A stretch of 64,000 nucleotides of DNA from Octopus sinensis (lineage: Eukaryota), in the NCBI RefSeq assembly GCF_006345805.1, contig NC_042997.1, forward strand, positions 64,108,001 to 64,172,000, written 5' to 3'. The position numbers were made by a program, and so were the translations under genes. Positions 38,674-50,995 of the stretch are shown here, one piece after another. Below the pieces are notes generated by a model. It saw nothing but the letters and a program-made list of their open reading frames with translations, did not search any database and was not told the origin of the DNA. The stretch's first letter is position 1. The number at the start of each line of letters is the position of its first letter.

Positions 38674-40857
38674 ATATACATACACACATGCATAAATATA
38701 CATACATACATACATACATTCATATATATATATATATACATATATATGAAATATCCCTTATTACTGCAATGTTTAAGAAAAATATGATGACACGCTGCGT
38801 TTGCTTTTTTTCAATATTGGCAGAAAAAAAAGTATTCTCTCTTACTAACAGTTTTTGTACCACTTTGTTTTAGTCTTTCTTCTTCCTCACTTTAGTTTCA
38901 CGCCCCACCACTTACATAAATATATTCCCTTTAAACGTATTAGTAATGGTTTTACGACACACATAGGCACGGCAAATGCCACTTTACCCACGTTTTCAAC
39001 TCTGTTACTTTAGTGTTATTTTTCTTATATATTATTCTCCTCTTTATGTGTCCTTCGTCATCCTCGTATTTGACTTTTAACCACTTCTTTTTCATTCTCT
39101 TTTTTATGTTCACCCAGTCCTCTCCATATGTTTGTAATCAGTCTTTCGTTTACGAAATAAAATTGTATTAAAAAATTGTGCATATATTTCAACGTTAGAA
39201 TTTTAATGTTTACGAGTCTCACTTTGATTAAACTCTTGAAACTGCTTCACCGTGCATTTATTATATCCATACATATATTGTATAATTAATTTACGTTTAA
39301 GAAAATAACCCATAGAAATAGTCCTGTCAAAATGGAGTGTAGACCAGACGAGCTGGCGGGTGTATTTACAAATCTGCATGTATGTGATTTGGAATTTTGG
39401 CCAAATTCTTTTTCCGAAATGCTGCAAGGGAGACAATCGGCACGGTTTCAGAGATAGGATAGCCATTTCTAGGGATAGCGCTTCTAAACTGTTAATCAGA
39501 TGAGACGAAGAAAAAATGGCCGAAACAACGCTTGCGTATATCTGAAGGTTTCTAGCAATGCATCTGTTGATGGCTGTTATCTTATTAAGAGATTCCATTG
39601 TAACATTACCGAAACTTACAAGTTTTGAGGTAGAACTGGTGCTCGGATGCGAGTTCACTTCTACTATGTATGCATGTTTGAATATATGTATTTTCACACT
39701 CAAGCACATAAATTCATATACACTGGCACACACACACCTACTCATAAATGTGCGCGCACGCAAAAACACGCACACACATACAGTCACACAAATGCATAAA
39801 AACATCAACTGAATTCAGAGAGGCTTGTGGAATGTATTTGAACAACAAAGGCGAATAAGTATATATTCAATACTATCATAAATCCCGACCTCAATTTTTG
39901 AATCAATCCCCGTTTGATTGGTTTGAGAGGTTGATTCATATACGCACGCACATGCACACATTTATACAACCGTACAAGCACACATTCACGCACAGAGACA
40001 TTGTTCAACCAAAAACAGTTACGAAATGTCTGTGAAATTATAGATACAGTTACAAAATGTCTATGAAATTATACTTTGCTGTCTTAAAATATGAAGAACA
40101 TAGTGGATACTGTAATGTAGTCCTATACTTGCTATGACTGTAAAACCAGACATAACAACGATTAGATGCCTTCGATCAAATATTCGTTTAATCAGGCATG
40201 AAGTGGGCTTATAGCCATAACAAAGAACGTGTGACGCAACACGTTAGGATGATATTGAAAATATTTTAAGATATGAATATCGAATTCACAGAACGAATGA
40301 TACTCTAATGCAATACCTAAGATGTAATATTCAGCAACGACCATAACAAGCACGATAGAGATACTTATAAAATATTTATGACTTGATTTAAAGAATAAAA
40401 CTATTAACTACAAGTTATTTTCAACAAGAAGTAGATTCTCATAGTTTATGGTAATAAATAAAGTGATGTATTTTCTTGATTCTTCTTTTATGTATTGTTT
40501 TTAATAAAGTTGCCACTGGTAATATTCTTGCGTTTTTAGGGAAATTTTTGATTCGACCAAAAGAAAAAAAAGAAAAAAATATGCAAAAGATTTATCAGCG
40601 GTAACTTCCTTAATAATCAAATATATATATAAAAAACTTTATGTAAATTCATCACTTTCTAACTTCTTACGTAGCACGTTATTAATAAATTATTAACGTT
40701 ATAAAGAGATATATTTCTGACTAGCTCTAAATTTTTTAATAATTTCTGTATGATTGCTCTACTCAGTCGGAGAAACATTGCCGTTCATATTAAAGACGTT
40801 TGCATCTACTAAGATTATTTGTATATGATGTAAGTTATATGAAGTGCATTTGACTTC

Positions 40858-40919
<62 letters not shown>

Positions 40920-40973
40920 TATACGTATATATGTGTGTGTGTATGTGCGTGTGTGTTTATATATATATATATA

Positions 40974-41220
40974 TATAAAATATTATTAGAGACAAAACCA
41001 CTATTTTGCAAAACAAACAAGGAAAGACTTAATCAATACATAAAATTTTAATAAATAGTCTATTTATTAAAATTTTATGTATTGATTAAGTCTTTCCTTG
41101 TTTGTTTTGCAAAATAGTGGTTTTGTCTCTAATAATATTTTATAATATTTTACTATAAAATGGATTTAATCCTAAATCTGATTTTTCCCTGTAAATTTGG
41201 ATTTATTCCCTAATATTTAT
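40974..41220. mobile_element. Fold-back repeat: 85-bp perfect arms with a 1-nt loop (40974-41144) plus a family 3' tail
   Basis: Centre aaatag-t-ctattt at 41059. Both the arm and the tail (tattttactataaa...ttccctaat) recur at 45405-45675. Confidence 0.75.
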
Positions 41221-41775
41221 TATATATATATATATATATAAATATATACACACGCTCGTGTCTGTATGAGTGCGTGAGTGCGCGTGTGTACCAAGCAAAA
41301 TCACGAATAAAGAATGAACGGAAGCGATTATTTCATTTCACCATTTGTAGTTTAACACAGAACACAATTGAATAATCTTTTTCAGTATCCCCATTTACTT
41401 TAAATAAGCCCATCAGGAGTTTCCAAGGAATATGTTGCAGTTAGTAAACTTCCCTAATATTTTTCCTCCCACTATTATGGAATAATACCCAGCAGTAATT
41501 GTTTGCCTATTTTCCCATTTCAATACAACAAATCAGGAAAGATTACCGTTTATAAAAATATCATCTCTGATTACATTTTCTTGACATTACTAGAATAGAA
41601 ATGTTTCCAACCCCCCGAAACACTGAGTTCAGCGTAAATGATTACAACTGCTGTGACTTTAACATGTGTCTGGTAAAGGAATCACTTATGATTACATTTT
41701 ACGCTGTTATGTGATCAAGATCTGAGGCTTGCGAGGACTTTTGTATATATATATATACAAATTGTAACTTGATGA

Positions 41776-41960
41776 TGTGGAGGCGCAATGGCGGTTTCAA
41801 CTCCCAGACAGGGCGTTGTGTATGTTTAAAGGCTCCACGATGCTCCGGCAAGCATTGGTGGTGATCCCTGTTGTACTCTTTCCAGCTGGGGGGACGCATA
41901 CGCCACAGAAACCGGGAAATCGGGTGCATGAGCCTGGCTAGGCTTCAAAAGGGCGACGTT
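41776..41960 (+). mobile_element. SINE family C head with a different tail
   Basis: tggaggcgcaatggc...ggtttcaactcccagac...gctccacga matches the 31210 head. Confidence 0.7.
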
Positions 41961-42203
41961 TATCGTTTTTTTTTAACTCGATAAAGCGATTCCGTATTAC
42001 TCACCAGGTAATAAAGTTATGAGTATCCCTACAGGAGAGCAAGTTCTCCTATGATATCATATTTGTTTTATATCCCAAATATTTGGAACTATCCATTGGA
42101 AGATAGCTTTGTGGTGAATCCAAATGCTGTCGTGGATATAGGTGCATGAAAAACGGTACATTACATGTTGAAGATGCCATAAATTAAGATCTTCGGTATA
42201 CAG

Positions 42204-42435
42204 GGCGGTGAGCTGGTAGAATCGTTAGCACGCCAGGCGAAATGCTTAGCAGTATTTCGTCTGCCGCTACGTTCTGAGTTCAAATTCCGCCGAGGTTGAC
42301 TTTGCTCTTCATCCTTTCGGGATCGATTAAATAAGAACCAGTTGCGCACTGGGGTCGATGTAATCGACTTAATACATATGTCTGTCCTTGTTTGTCCCCT
42401 TCTATGTTTAGCCCCTTGTGGGTAATAAAGAAATA
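42204..42435 (+). mobile_element. SINE family A, full length
   Basis: A-box-like and B-box-like motifs. Homologous to 31680-31910. Confidence 0.9.
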
Positions 42436-42584
42436 GGTATACAGAGTATTGTATTTTTAGAACTGGAAAATTGTAATAATGCAACATTAAATTGGTTCAC
42501 TTGCAGCTTTGTAAATATATTATCTTCAGTTATGTATAATTGTGCTTCTCATTAGATAAATATAAATTATGTGAATGTACTTAC

Positions 42585-42633
42585 GCAGACATAGCGAAAA
42601 TATTGTCAATGTTATGGATGCCCAAAACTCCAT
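42585..42633 (-). CDS. nAChR subunit, probable coding exon 1 (signal peptide MEFWASITLTIFSLCL + 1 nt)
   Basis: Strong Kozak context (gaaATGG), an in-frame TGA 25-27 nt upstream, a hydrophobic 16-aa peptide and a canonical gtaagt donor at 42584. Phase 1, which is what exon 2 requires. Found by scanning for donors; no transcript evidence. Confidence 0.75.
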
Positions 42634-42711
42634 TTCAGTAGGTGTGCGTGCCTTTTGTCATGATAACCGATTTGGAAGCTCTGATGTCTGGGATGTTACG
42701 GCCATATACCT
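42634..42711 (-). promoter_or_regulatory. 5' UTR part of the ATG-bearing exon, with a candidate splice acceptor and two uORFs
   Basis: cattctcttcacgcag|G acceptor at 42711-42710. uORF1 is 42705-42658 (15 aa); uORF2 is 42661-42635 (8 aa). Confidence 0.5.
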
Positions 42712-43271
42712 GCGTGAAGAGAATGAATATAATTTATTAGTCAAACTGGAGCAACATATGAGACTCAGCCAAGTTGTTGATTAACGTCTCTTCTGAAACA
42801 CAGAGAGAAGATGAAGCATTTAACGAGGGATCATATTGAAAATTCAAATTTCGGGCATATCTCTGTAGTAGTTATTGTATTATTGAACACAATTCTCTAT
42901 GGAGATATAAAACCACTGTAAAAATCATGGTGGCGAATATGATCTTGAGAACAGTGCATAGTAAAGATATTTCAAATGATATTGAGCCTGAAGTTTACTG
43001 TGATTGAAATAAAATGCAGAAATGTCCTCTTGCCCACACAACTACACACACAAACTCATACAAACCTATATATATTTCCGTTACTCTGATGCAATTAGAA
43101 ATTCAAGGTCCTTATGCCATTATGATAAAGACAAGTAAATTGTCGCATTCTGTTTGAGTCAGAGTTTGTGAATTTAAATATCTTAGAATCAGAATGAAAT
43201 GAAAGTTTATCTTATAGAAAATCCAGACATCTGGTTCTAAAGAGAATCTATATCAGGAACTGTTTGGTAGA

Positions 43272-43286
43272 CTGCTGCTGCTGCTG

Positions 43287-43321
<35 letters not shown>

Positions 43322-43434
43322 GCTGCTGCTGCTACTGCTACTACTACTACTACTACTGCTGCTGCTGCTATTGTTGCTACTATTACTACTACTACTACTA
43401 CTGCTGCTGCTGCTATTGTTGCTACTATTACTAT

Positions 43435-43486
<52 letters not shown>

Positions 43487-43507
43487 GCTACTGCTGCTGC
43501 TGCTGCT
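43272..43507. repeat. Compound (CTG)n/(CTA)n trinucleotide array upstream of the nAChR ATG exon
   Basis: Directly visible. Confidence 0.95.
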
Positions 43508-43954
43508 AGTGATGCAGAGGCATTTCTGTGTCATGTATTAAGCTATCGAGGTGTAGAGCAGATTATGTGCCGAATTTAATGCTTCCTTATGTGCACTTCC
43601 CTTGCTTTAGAGTTTAAAAATTTCATCTGTTGCGTTTGCAATTTACGACTTCTCAGTTAATACACTGGTAGTAAGATTTCTTTACAAATGCTTGAGTTTT
43701 ATAGGAAAAATATAAATTGAAATTTATAATATCGATAGCAAAATGCAGAAAAGCTGATATTTGAAACGACGGCATGTATGAATCAAGTCTTTTCCATAAC
43801 TGCACATGTGAAGAAAACTATCATAGCCCAACGATGTTTTCTACTCAAAAGAATATGGCTATGTTTGGAATATGTAACTTAAGATACATAGCATCGTAAT
43901 ACATACATACATACATACATACATACATACATACATACATACATACACACATAC

Positions 43955-44019
<65 letters not shown>

Positions 44020-44636
44020 ATATATACATGCATACATGCACACAAACATACATAATTACATATTTACAAGGTACCATACATAAATAAGATATAGGCTTGA
44101 TTCGTGGAGAGGTAAACTTTTACATAGGCATAGGTTCATCCGGTACAAAATCAACATACATCTACATATGCTACATGTCAGTTCCTAGTGTTGTTAGTGT
44201 CCATGTAATTGCCTGCAGTCCCAGACATTCTTAATTCTTTCCCATTTGCCTTAGAGCCACAGCTAGGGCTAAATATTTGAAAACAAAGTGCATTTGATTA
44301 GTATTTTGTTTATTGATGAAACACAGACGAGACATAAAATTGAGATCGGTATTATCGAAATTTAAATGTAGAGGGATGGAAGATAAGATAAGGCATTCTA
44401 TTTGTGGATTTAATGTCTTGAAAAGCTTTCAAACATCGATGGGTATAAGAACGGAAAGATAAACAGATGGGTTAATCTATATATTTGAGAGAAATTTATC
44501 TATATTTATAACAGCAATTTATACATTTACATCTCTCTCTCTCTCTCTGTATATATGTGTATATATATATTTATACACGCACACACACACATACACACAC
44601 ACATATACATATACATATATATATATATATATATAT

Positions 44637-44682
<46 letters not shown>

Positions 44683-45325
44683 GGATAAATTGAAGATAAA
44701 ATTATATACTTAAATATTAATTTTACTGATATGGTGTTTCTTATACGCTGGCCACTGATATAATCATTTTAATGAATAGATCCTCAATATATGCGCATAT
44801 ATAATTCTGAGTTCTCTAGTCATTATAATTGCTCTGGCAATATTCTGAGTATAACCACATGTTTGAGATGGACGATTAGATATAATGTATAAGACTATGT
44901 ATTACTCATAAAATATAGTGTACATTTAAACACATAAGGAATCCACTCGTGGGATTCAAGTCTTTGGAGTAACTTTTTATACGCTAGGCCACTGGAAGTA
45001 AAAATTTCTATGAATTTCCATTTCCATTTGATATGATTAAGTATTGTAAATTTTTGGATAATTTTCGTATTTTAAAAGTTAGCATATTTTGACTGCCGAC
45101 GAAGAGTGCCGTCTGTGCACTAGGTTTTGAAAAAAAATTAGGATGTATAAACAAGAGTCACATAGTTGATTACCTCGTGTTTTATATATTTAATCAAAGG
45201 TTTACCTGTTGAAGAAGATTCCACCTAGCGAATATTATTATTTGCTAAACTAAAATCTGCGCAGATTTTGAAAAATTAGGATGTGTTTAAATGTATACTG
45301 TATTTTATGAGTAATATATATATAT

Positions 45326-45387
<62 letters not shown>

Positions 45388-45404
45388 ATAATATATATAT
45401 ATAA

Positions 45405-45675
45405 ATTAAAGACAAAATCACTATTATGCAAATCAAACAAAGAAAGACTTAATCCAATACATAAATTAATTTATATAATTTAGAAATTTAACAATTATTA
45501 ATATCCATGTCTTCTTTTCATCACATCTTTGAGTAGTAGACATTCTTCAGGTGGTTTCAAATATTCTTGGCGAGTTTAAACTATGATTTATATAATATAA
45601 TATTTTACTATAAATTGGATTCAATCCTAAATCTGAATTTTCCCTGTAAGTTTGGATTTATTCCCTAATTTTTAT
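45405..45675. mobile_element. Second, diverged copy of the 40974 repeat family
   Basis: gacaaaatcactattatgcaaatcaaacaaagaaagacttaatc start and ...tttggatttattccctaat end. Confidence 0.7.
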
Positions 45676-45676
45676 C

Positions 45677-45710
<34 letters not shown>

Positions 45711-46440
45711 ATGTATGTATATGTATATATACATATATATATATTACTCATAAAATACAGTGTACATATAACGGAACACAACGAGACTTCATTATATTAT
45801 TGGGAGTTACGAGGGAATAATAACGTAAACGAAGTTAATTAACTTCAGAGATAAGCAAATCCGAAACACGAACTGAGAGTTACTATCTTCATGTGAAGTC
45901 TTAGCCAACTCTCATCTACAAAATTAATAACTCCCTCCCGATTAATCCCCGGATGAATGCACGGTTTCATAACTAAATGTAAATCGCATTGTTAAATCTA
46001 TTGAAGTCTAAATAAATAGAAGAATTGTTGACAAATAGAGTAACAACTTAAACCATTGATGCAGCATGATATTCTAATTAACTCACTAATATATTTATCA
46101 CAAAACAATTGGTGATTCCAAAGCAATATTAATAACGATTTCCACATATGTTGTTTGTACTGTAAATTTATATCTTCAATTCTAACGTTATCATAAGAAT
46201 GTGCTCACCCGCCTAATATTGAATATGGGATGAAGATATTCAATATATTGTGTCGCCTAATAGCAAGTTTTAATTAGATTTTCAAGCTTCAGTGTTTTAA
46301 TCAAATGATCTTTTGTTAAACATCTCGAAGTATCTATTTTACGTTTTCCATGATTCATGTTATGGATTACATCTTTGAATTAAACTAAATAAATAAGCGT
46401 TAACTTTTGTTATATTGTGTTTAAAACTTGTGTTTTACAA

Positions 46441-46480
<40 letters not shown>

Positions 46481-46759
46481 AAGCGTAATTAGTAAAAGAT
46501 TATTTCATGCATTGAAATTATTTACAACAATTGAATGGAAAATATTACCTAGACTTAAATTGATGCAAGCGTATTTTCATTGACCATGAGGACAATATGT
46601 GCATATGCACATGAGTGTAAATACACACACACATGCACACATACATAGAAATACACACATATATGTGTGCATAGATATATATATATATATAGCTATATAA
46701 GCATATAGTATTTCCACACACATAAAATATTTATTAATATTGATATCAAATTTTGGTAC

Positions 46760-47090
46760 AAGGCCAGTAACTTATGGAGAGGGTCTAATTCGATTACATA
46801 GATCTCAGTGGTCTAAAGGTATTTATTTTATCTACCACGATAGAATGAAAGGCAAACTAGACCCCGGCTGCATTTGAAACCGGAACTTAAAGACGGCCGA
46901 AATACTGTTAGGCATTTTTCCCTGCATGGTAACGATTCTACCAGCTCAACGCCATAACATAATTAGAAATATCGAAAATGAATTGGGTAGTATATTTTCT
47001 ACGCTTAGCTTCCGCCGAGTCAATTTCAATTTTGCCTTTCATATCTCTAGGGTCGATAAAATAAATACACTCAAATATAGTCTAATTATG
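46760..47090. mobile_element. Two degenerate SINE family A fragments in opposite orientation
   Basis: 46760-46950 (minus) and 46990-47090 (plus) resemble family A. Confidence 0.55.
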
Positions 47091-47844
47091 AAGTCAATAG
47101 TATTCGTGTGTTCAAAATTAATGGGCATGTGCATATATCAAAATAATTTATTATTAAATTCTGAGATTGAAGCACCTCAAATAATGTTAACATTAGTCAT
47201 GTCACATAATTAACGTATGCCTTCTGTTAAAAAAGATTTTAGCGTGCGGTATTTCATCCGGTGAAAGACCCTTTAAGACATAGAGTGTTTGAAGAACACC
47301 GTATAACTTTAAAAGTAACTGTAACGAATCGCACCGAAGGTGAAAAAGAGCGCTAGATATCTATATTTTGTTATTTCAGCTCATCAGTAGCGCCGACGTG
47401 AATTCAAATCATTGGCATGGATATATGTAAATAGCATAAAATCTACCTGCTGATATGCAATGATGTTGCACAAGTAAAACAAAATGAACTTTTGAGTTAC
47501 AGATAGCTCTAATAATGTAAACATCTTGAGACATCAATACTGTTTACGTCATTAGAACTGCTTTACCACAAAATGTGCCTGTGTACTCATAAATACATAC
47601 AAATACACACACACACATACACAAGTATACATGCATATATATTTATCCATAAATGTATTATTTAGCGAAACACACACACATAAACACACACATTAAAGGT
47701 TACTTCAAAAAATTGAATATGGTACACAGAGGAATTATATTACGATGTAGTTTAACCCAACCAAAACTCTAAGATATACAAGTAGTCAATAATTTTGAGA
47801 AGTGCAAATGATAGCTACAGCGTGAAGGAGCATTCTTTTATTCT

Positions 47845-48312
47845 TTTGTTCATTGACTTGTTTTAGTCATTTGACTGCACCCATGCTAGATCAGCGCCTT
47901 ATAAGATTTTAATCGAAGAAATCGACTCCAGGACTTATTCTTTATAAGCTTAGTACGTACTCTATCGGACGGCTTTGCCGAACCGCTAGGTTATGAGGAC
48001 ATAAACACACCAGCGTCATTTTGTCAATCGATGGCAGGAGGAACACATAAATATATACATATACATACATATACATACACACACACACACACGCGCGTGC
48101 GGGCACAACCACCCACATACACAGACACACACGCATATATATATATATATATAGAACGGACTTCTTTCAGGTTTACGCCTACCAAATCCACTCTCAAGGG
48201 TTTTGCCAGCTCGAGGCTATAGTACGAGATACTTGTCCAAGGTGCTACGCAGTGGGTCTGAGCCCGTAAACATGTGCTTGGGAAGCAATATTTTAACCAC
48301 TGAGGCACACCT
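47845..48312 (-). mobile_element. SINE family B, near full length
   Basis: Head 48130-48312, microsatellite, tail 47845-48030. Confidence 0.8.
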
Positions 48313-48399
48313 TTGGCTGAGATGTGAAATAATAATACGACATAACGGTATGGAATTCGTTTGGAAATTTTAAACCAGCGTCTATCTCTCACACTTCGT

Positions 48400-49560
48400 G
48401 GTTTTATAATTATGTATATTTGTTTATATACAATGTTTTCGGGTAATATTTGGTGTTTATGTTATGCCTTGTGTTTCAATAACATCTTAATGCATTTCTG
48501 AACAGTAAACGCTGTAGCTGAAGAAAAGTTAACTGACTTGGAAGACGAGAAGCCATCTGGATATTGGAAAAATTGATTGATTGTATCTTGAAGCTTCGCA
48601 CCGGGTTTCAAAATGCCGACGTCATCACTCTGCAACGAGACTATGAACCTAGGACCAGCAGAAAGGGACACAGCAAGTGCTTTTACAGCGTCGGTACACC
48701 ACAATTCATCCGAGAATTGCAGGAGAAGGTGTTGGAGGATCTGGTCTTTGACGTGAACGACGGGTGTTGGAGTCGCCAGTATGAAGCTGGCCCTGAATGA
48801 GAACCTCCACTACCACACACACATGAGACACTTCGGACGGATAAGGACAAGGAGAGTCGTTTGACAAAGGCAAAGAGCTTCTGGCAGGACAATTTGCACA
48901 ACAGCCTGAACAACAGATGGTTTGCCTAAACCCCTGTGACTTTCCACGTATCCAAGTTCTCTCAAACTACGATAATCTTAGGCGATATCTCCAGTGAGGA
49001 GGACGTCATACCGTCCCACATCTTTGAAAAGAATCTTAGGCTCAAAGCAGACAACCATGTGAAGATGCTGGAGACGGTAGTGTAACCCTGGCTGGGGAGG
49101 TTTACTGTTGGAGGGTCATATGTATGGTAACAGAATTTCGCACCTTCACATACCAACTGAAAGGAATAGAAGTGATTGTCGGAGATATTATACGACTTCA
49201 CTGGCCCCAATTTCCGGCCTGCAAATTTCCCTGATTGTAATGCAATGAATTACGTGTGGGGTGCAGTTGAGAAGCACATTAGCCGTTCTACCTGTAACAT
49301 GAAACAAGCCGAGCTGGTGACCAAGATGAAAGAGGTGTTCGGAGATCTTCTCAGGAACTAAGCTGAAAACGCATGTGCCACGTGCTTGAGCCATCTTGAG
49401 GCCATGATGAAATCCGGAGTCGGCTACTTTGAGTAAACTGCTATCTCCCAGCCACAATCTAGTTGATATTGAAACCTTTTTAAATATTTCCATTTTTGGA
49501 CGAGATAATAAGCTTTCTTTCCCCTCTATGCAAATTCTCAAATTTAGCCCAAATGAATCT
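48400..49560 (+). mobile_element. Decayed maT (DD37D)-like transposon
   Basis: VGTPQFIRELQEKV; PDCNAMNYVWGAVEKH...ELVTKMKEVF. Many frameshifts; ends uncertain. Confidence 0.8.
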
Positions 49561-49957
49561 CAGTCTGGGGGTCATATACCTTAATAGAGCGGCTTTTATT
49601 TCGTAATTCAATTTTCTTTTACATGTGCTTGACTGTAACACATCAGCAAATATATTTCACTCTCTTTGCATATAAGCATCAGACCATCCATTCATTTCGT
49701 TTCAAGATGATCAGAGTACATGGTATTAATAAGCCACAATATTGGTGAAATATCGATATCTAACCGCTCTCAGTAATTTTGATCGAGTTATTCGTCTGAG
49801 CTGAGACATTTAGTGTTCCTTCACATACGACGTTTTGTGTATGGAGCTTTCCCCAGACGCTATTGCGCAGCAGATCGAGAGGATAAACATAACAACATAA
49901 CACATACACTATGTAAGTGCGACCGATTGATCGATACACACATACACAGACAGACAG

Positions 49958-49989
<32 letters not shown>

Positions 49990-50039
49990 GTTTATAAATA
50001 TATATATGTATGTATGTATATATATATATGTGTGTGTGC

Positions 50040-50094
<55 letters not shown>

Positions 50095-50930
50095 TGAATG
50101 AAACCTGCACTGTTCGGAACATATGCTAATGTAAGAGTTACTTTTCTGCTGCATATTGATGATGAATGGCTAGTTCCTATGCATTGAAACATATTACATA
50201 ATTGCATAATGTTCATGTTTCAAACTACTGCACATAATCAAGACAAGGAGCAGTTGCAGCAACGGATTTAATACGAACGAACTCCTTTAAGTAGAAGCAG
50301 TAGCATCGAAAAAGTTACCTTGACATGACTTACTAAGGCAAATTGGTCTATTACGTCAGTACTGAAAACGATTGCTTAAAACTGAAGGATTATAGTATTA
50401 TTAACGGTGAGTGCTATCTTAAAGGATAATTTTTTTTTAAATACTATGACAAGGAATCACTGAGAATGTTATTATAGTTGTTTTGTTGCAGCTATTTCCA
50501 TATTTGTAGAATCAGACTAACATTGAAACCCCTTTTATATAATAACGCTCTAGAGAATCGATGAAAAACATTTCAATTTAGGAATAACTGCCAAAAAGAT
50601 GAAATTAAACCAGTCGCATTTTCCTTCGCTTATCCATAGCAAATGGAATTAAGTGCAAAAATGGGAAATTAACAAGATAAATTACACACACATACACATC
50701 CGATCCACACACAAGTACTATTCTACACTGAAAGCTTGTTGATCAATAACTTTCAGAATTGTATTGAACAATATATCCGGTCTACTTTATTAATTCACAA
50801 TTCACGTAGAATAGGCGGATACGAATACATTTGCATATATATATATATATTGAGATATATATATGTATGTGTGCATATATATATATATATATATATAAAT
50901 GTATATATATATAAATATATATATATATGA

Positions 50931-50995
<65 letters not shown>

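Noticed and set aside
675-42633. Chemotactile receptor identity
   Set aside because: Conserved nAChR intron positions and canonical N-terminal motifs fit an ordinary nAChR subunit better.
43253-43534. Poly-Ser ORF upstream of the nAChR ATG exon
   Set aside because: Pure compound trinucleotide repeat with no splice or homology support.
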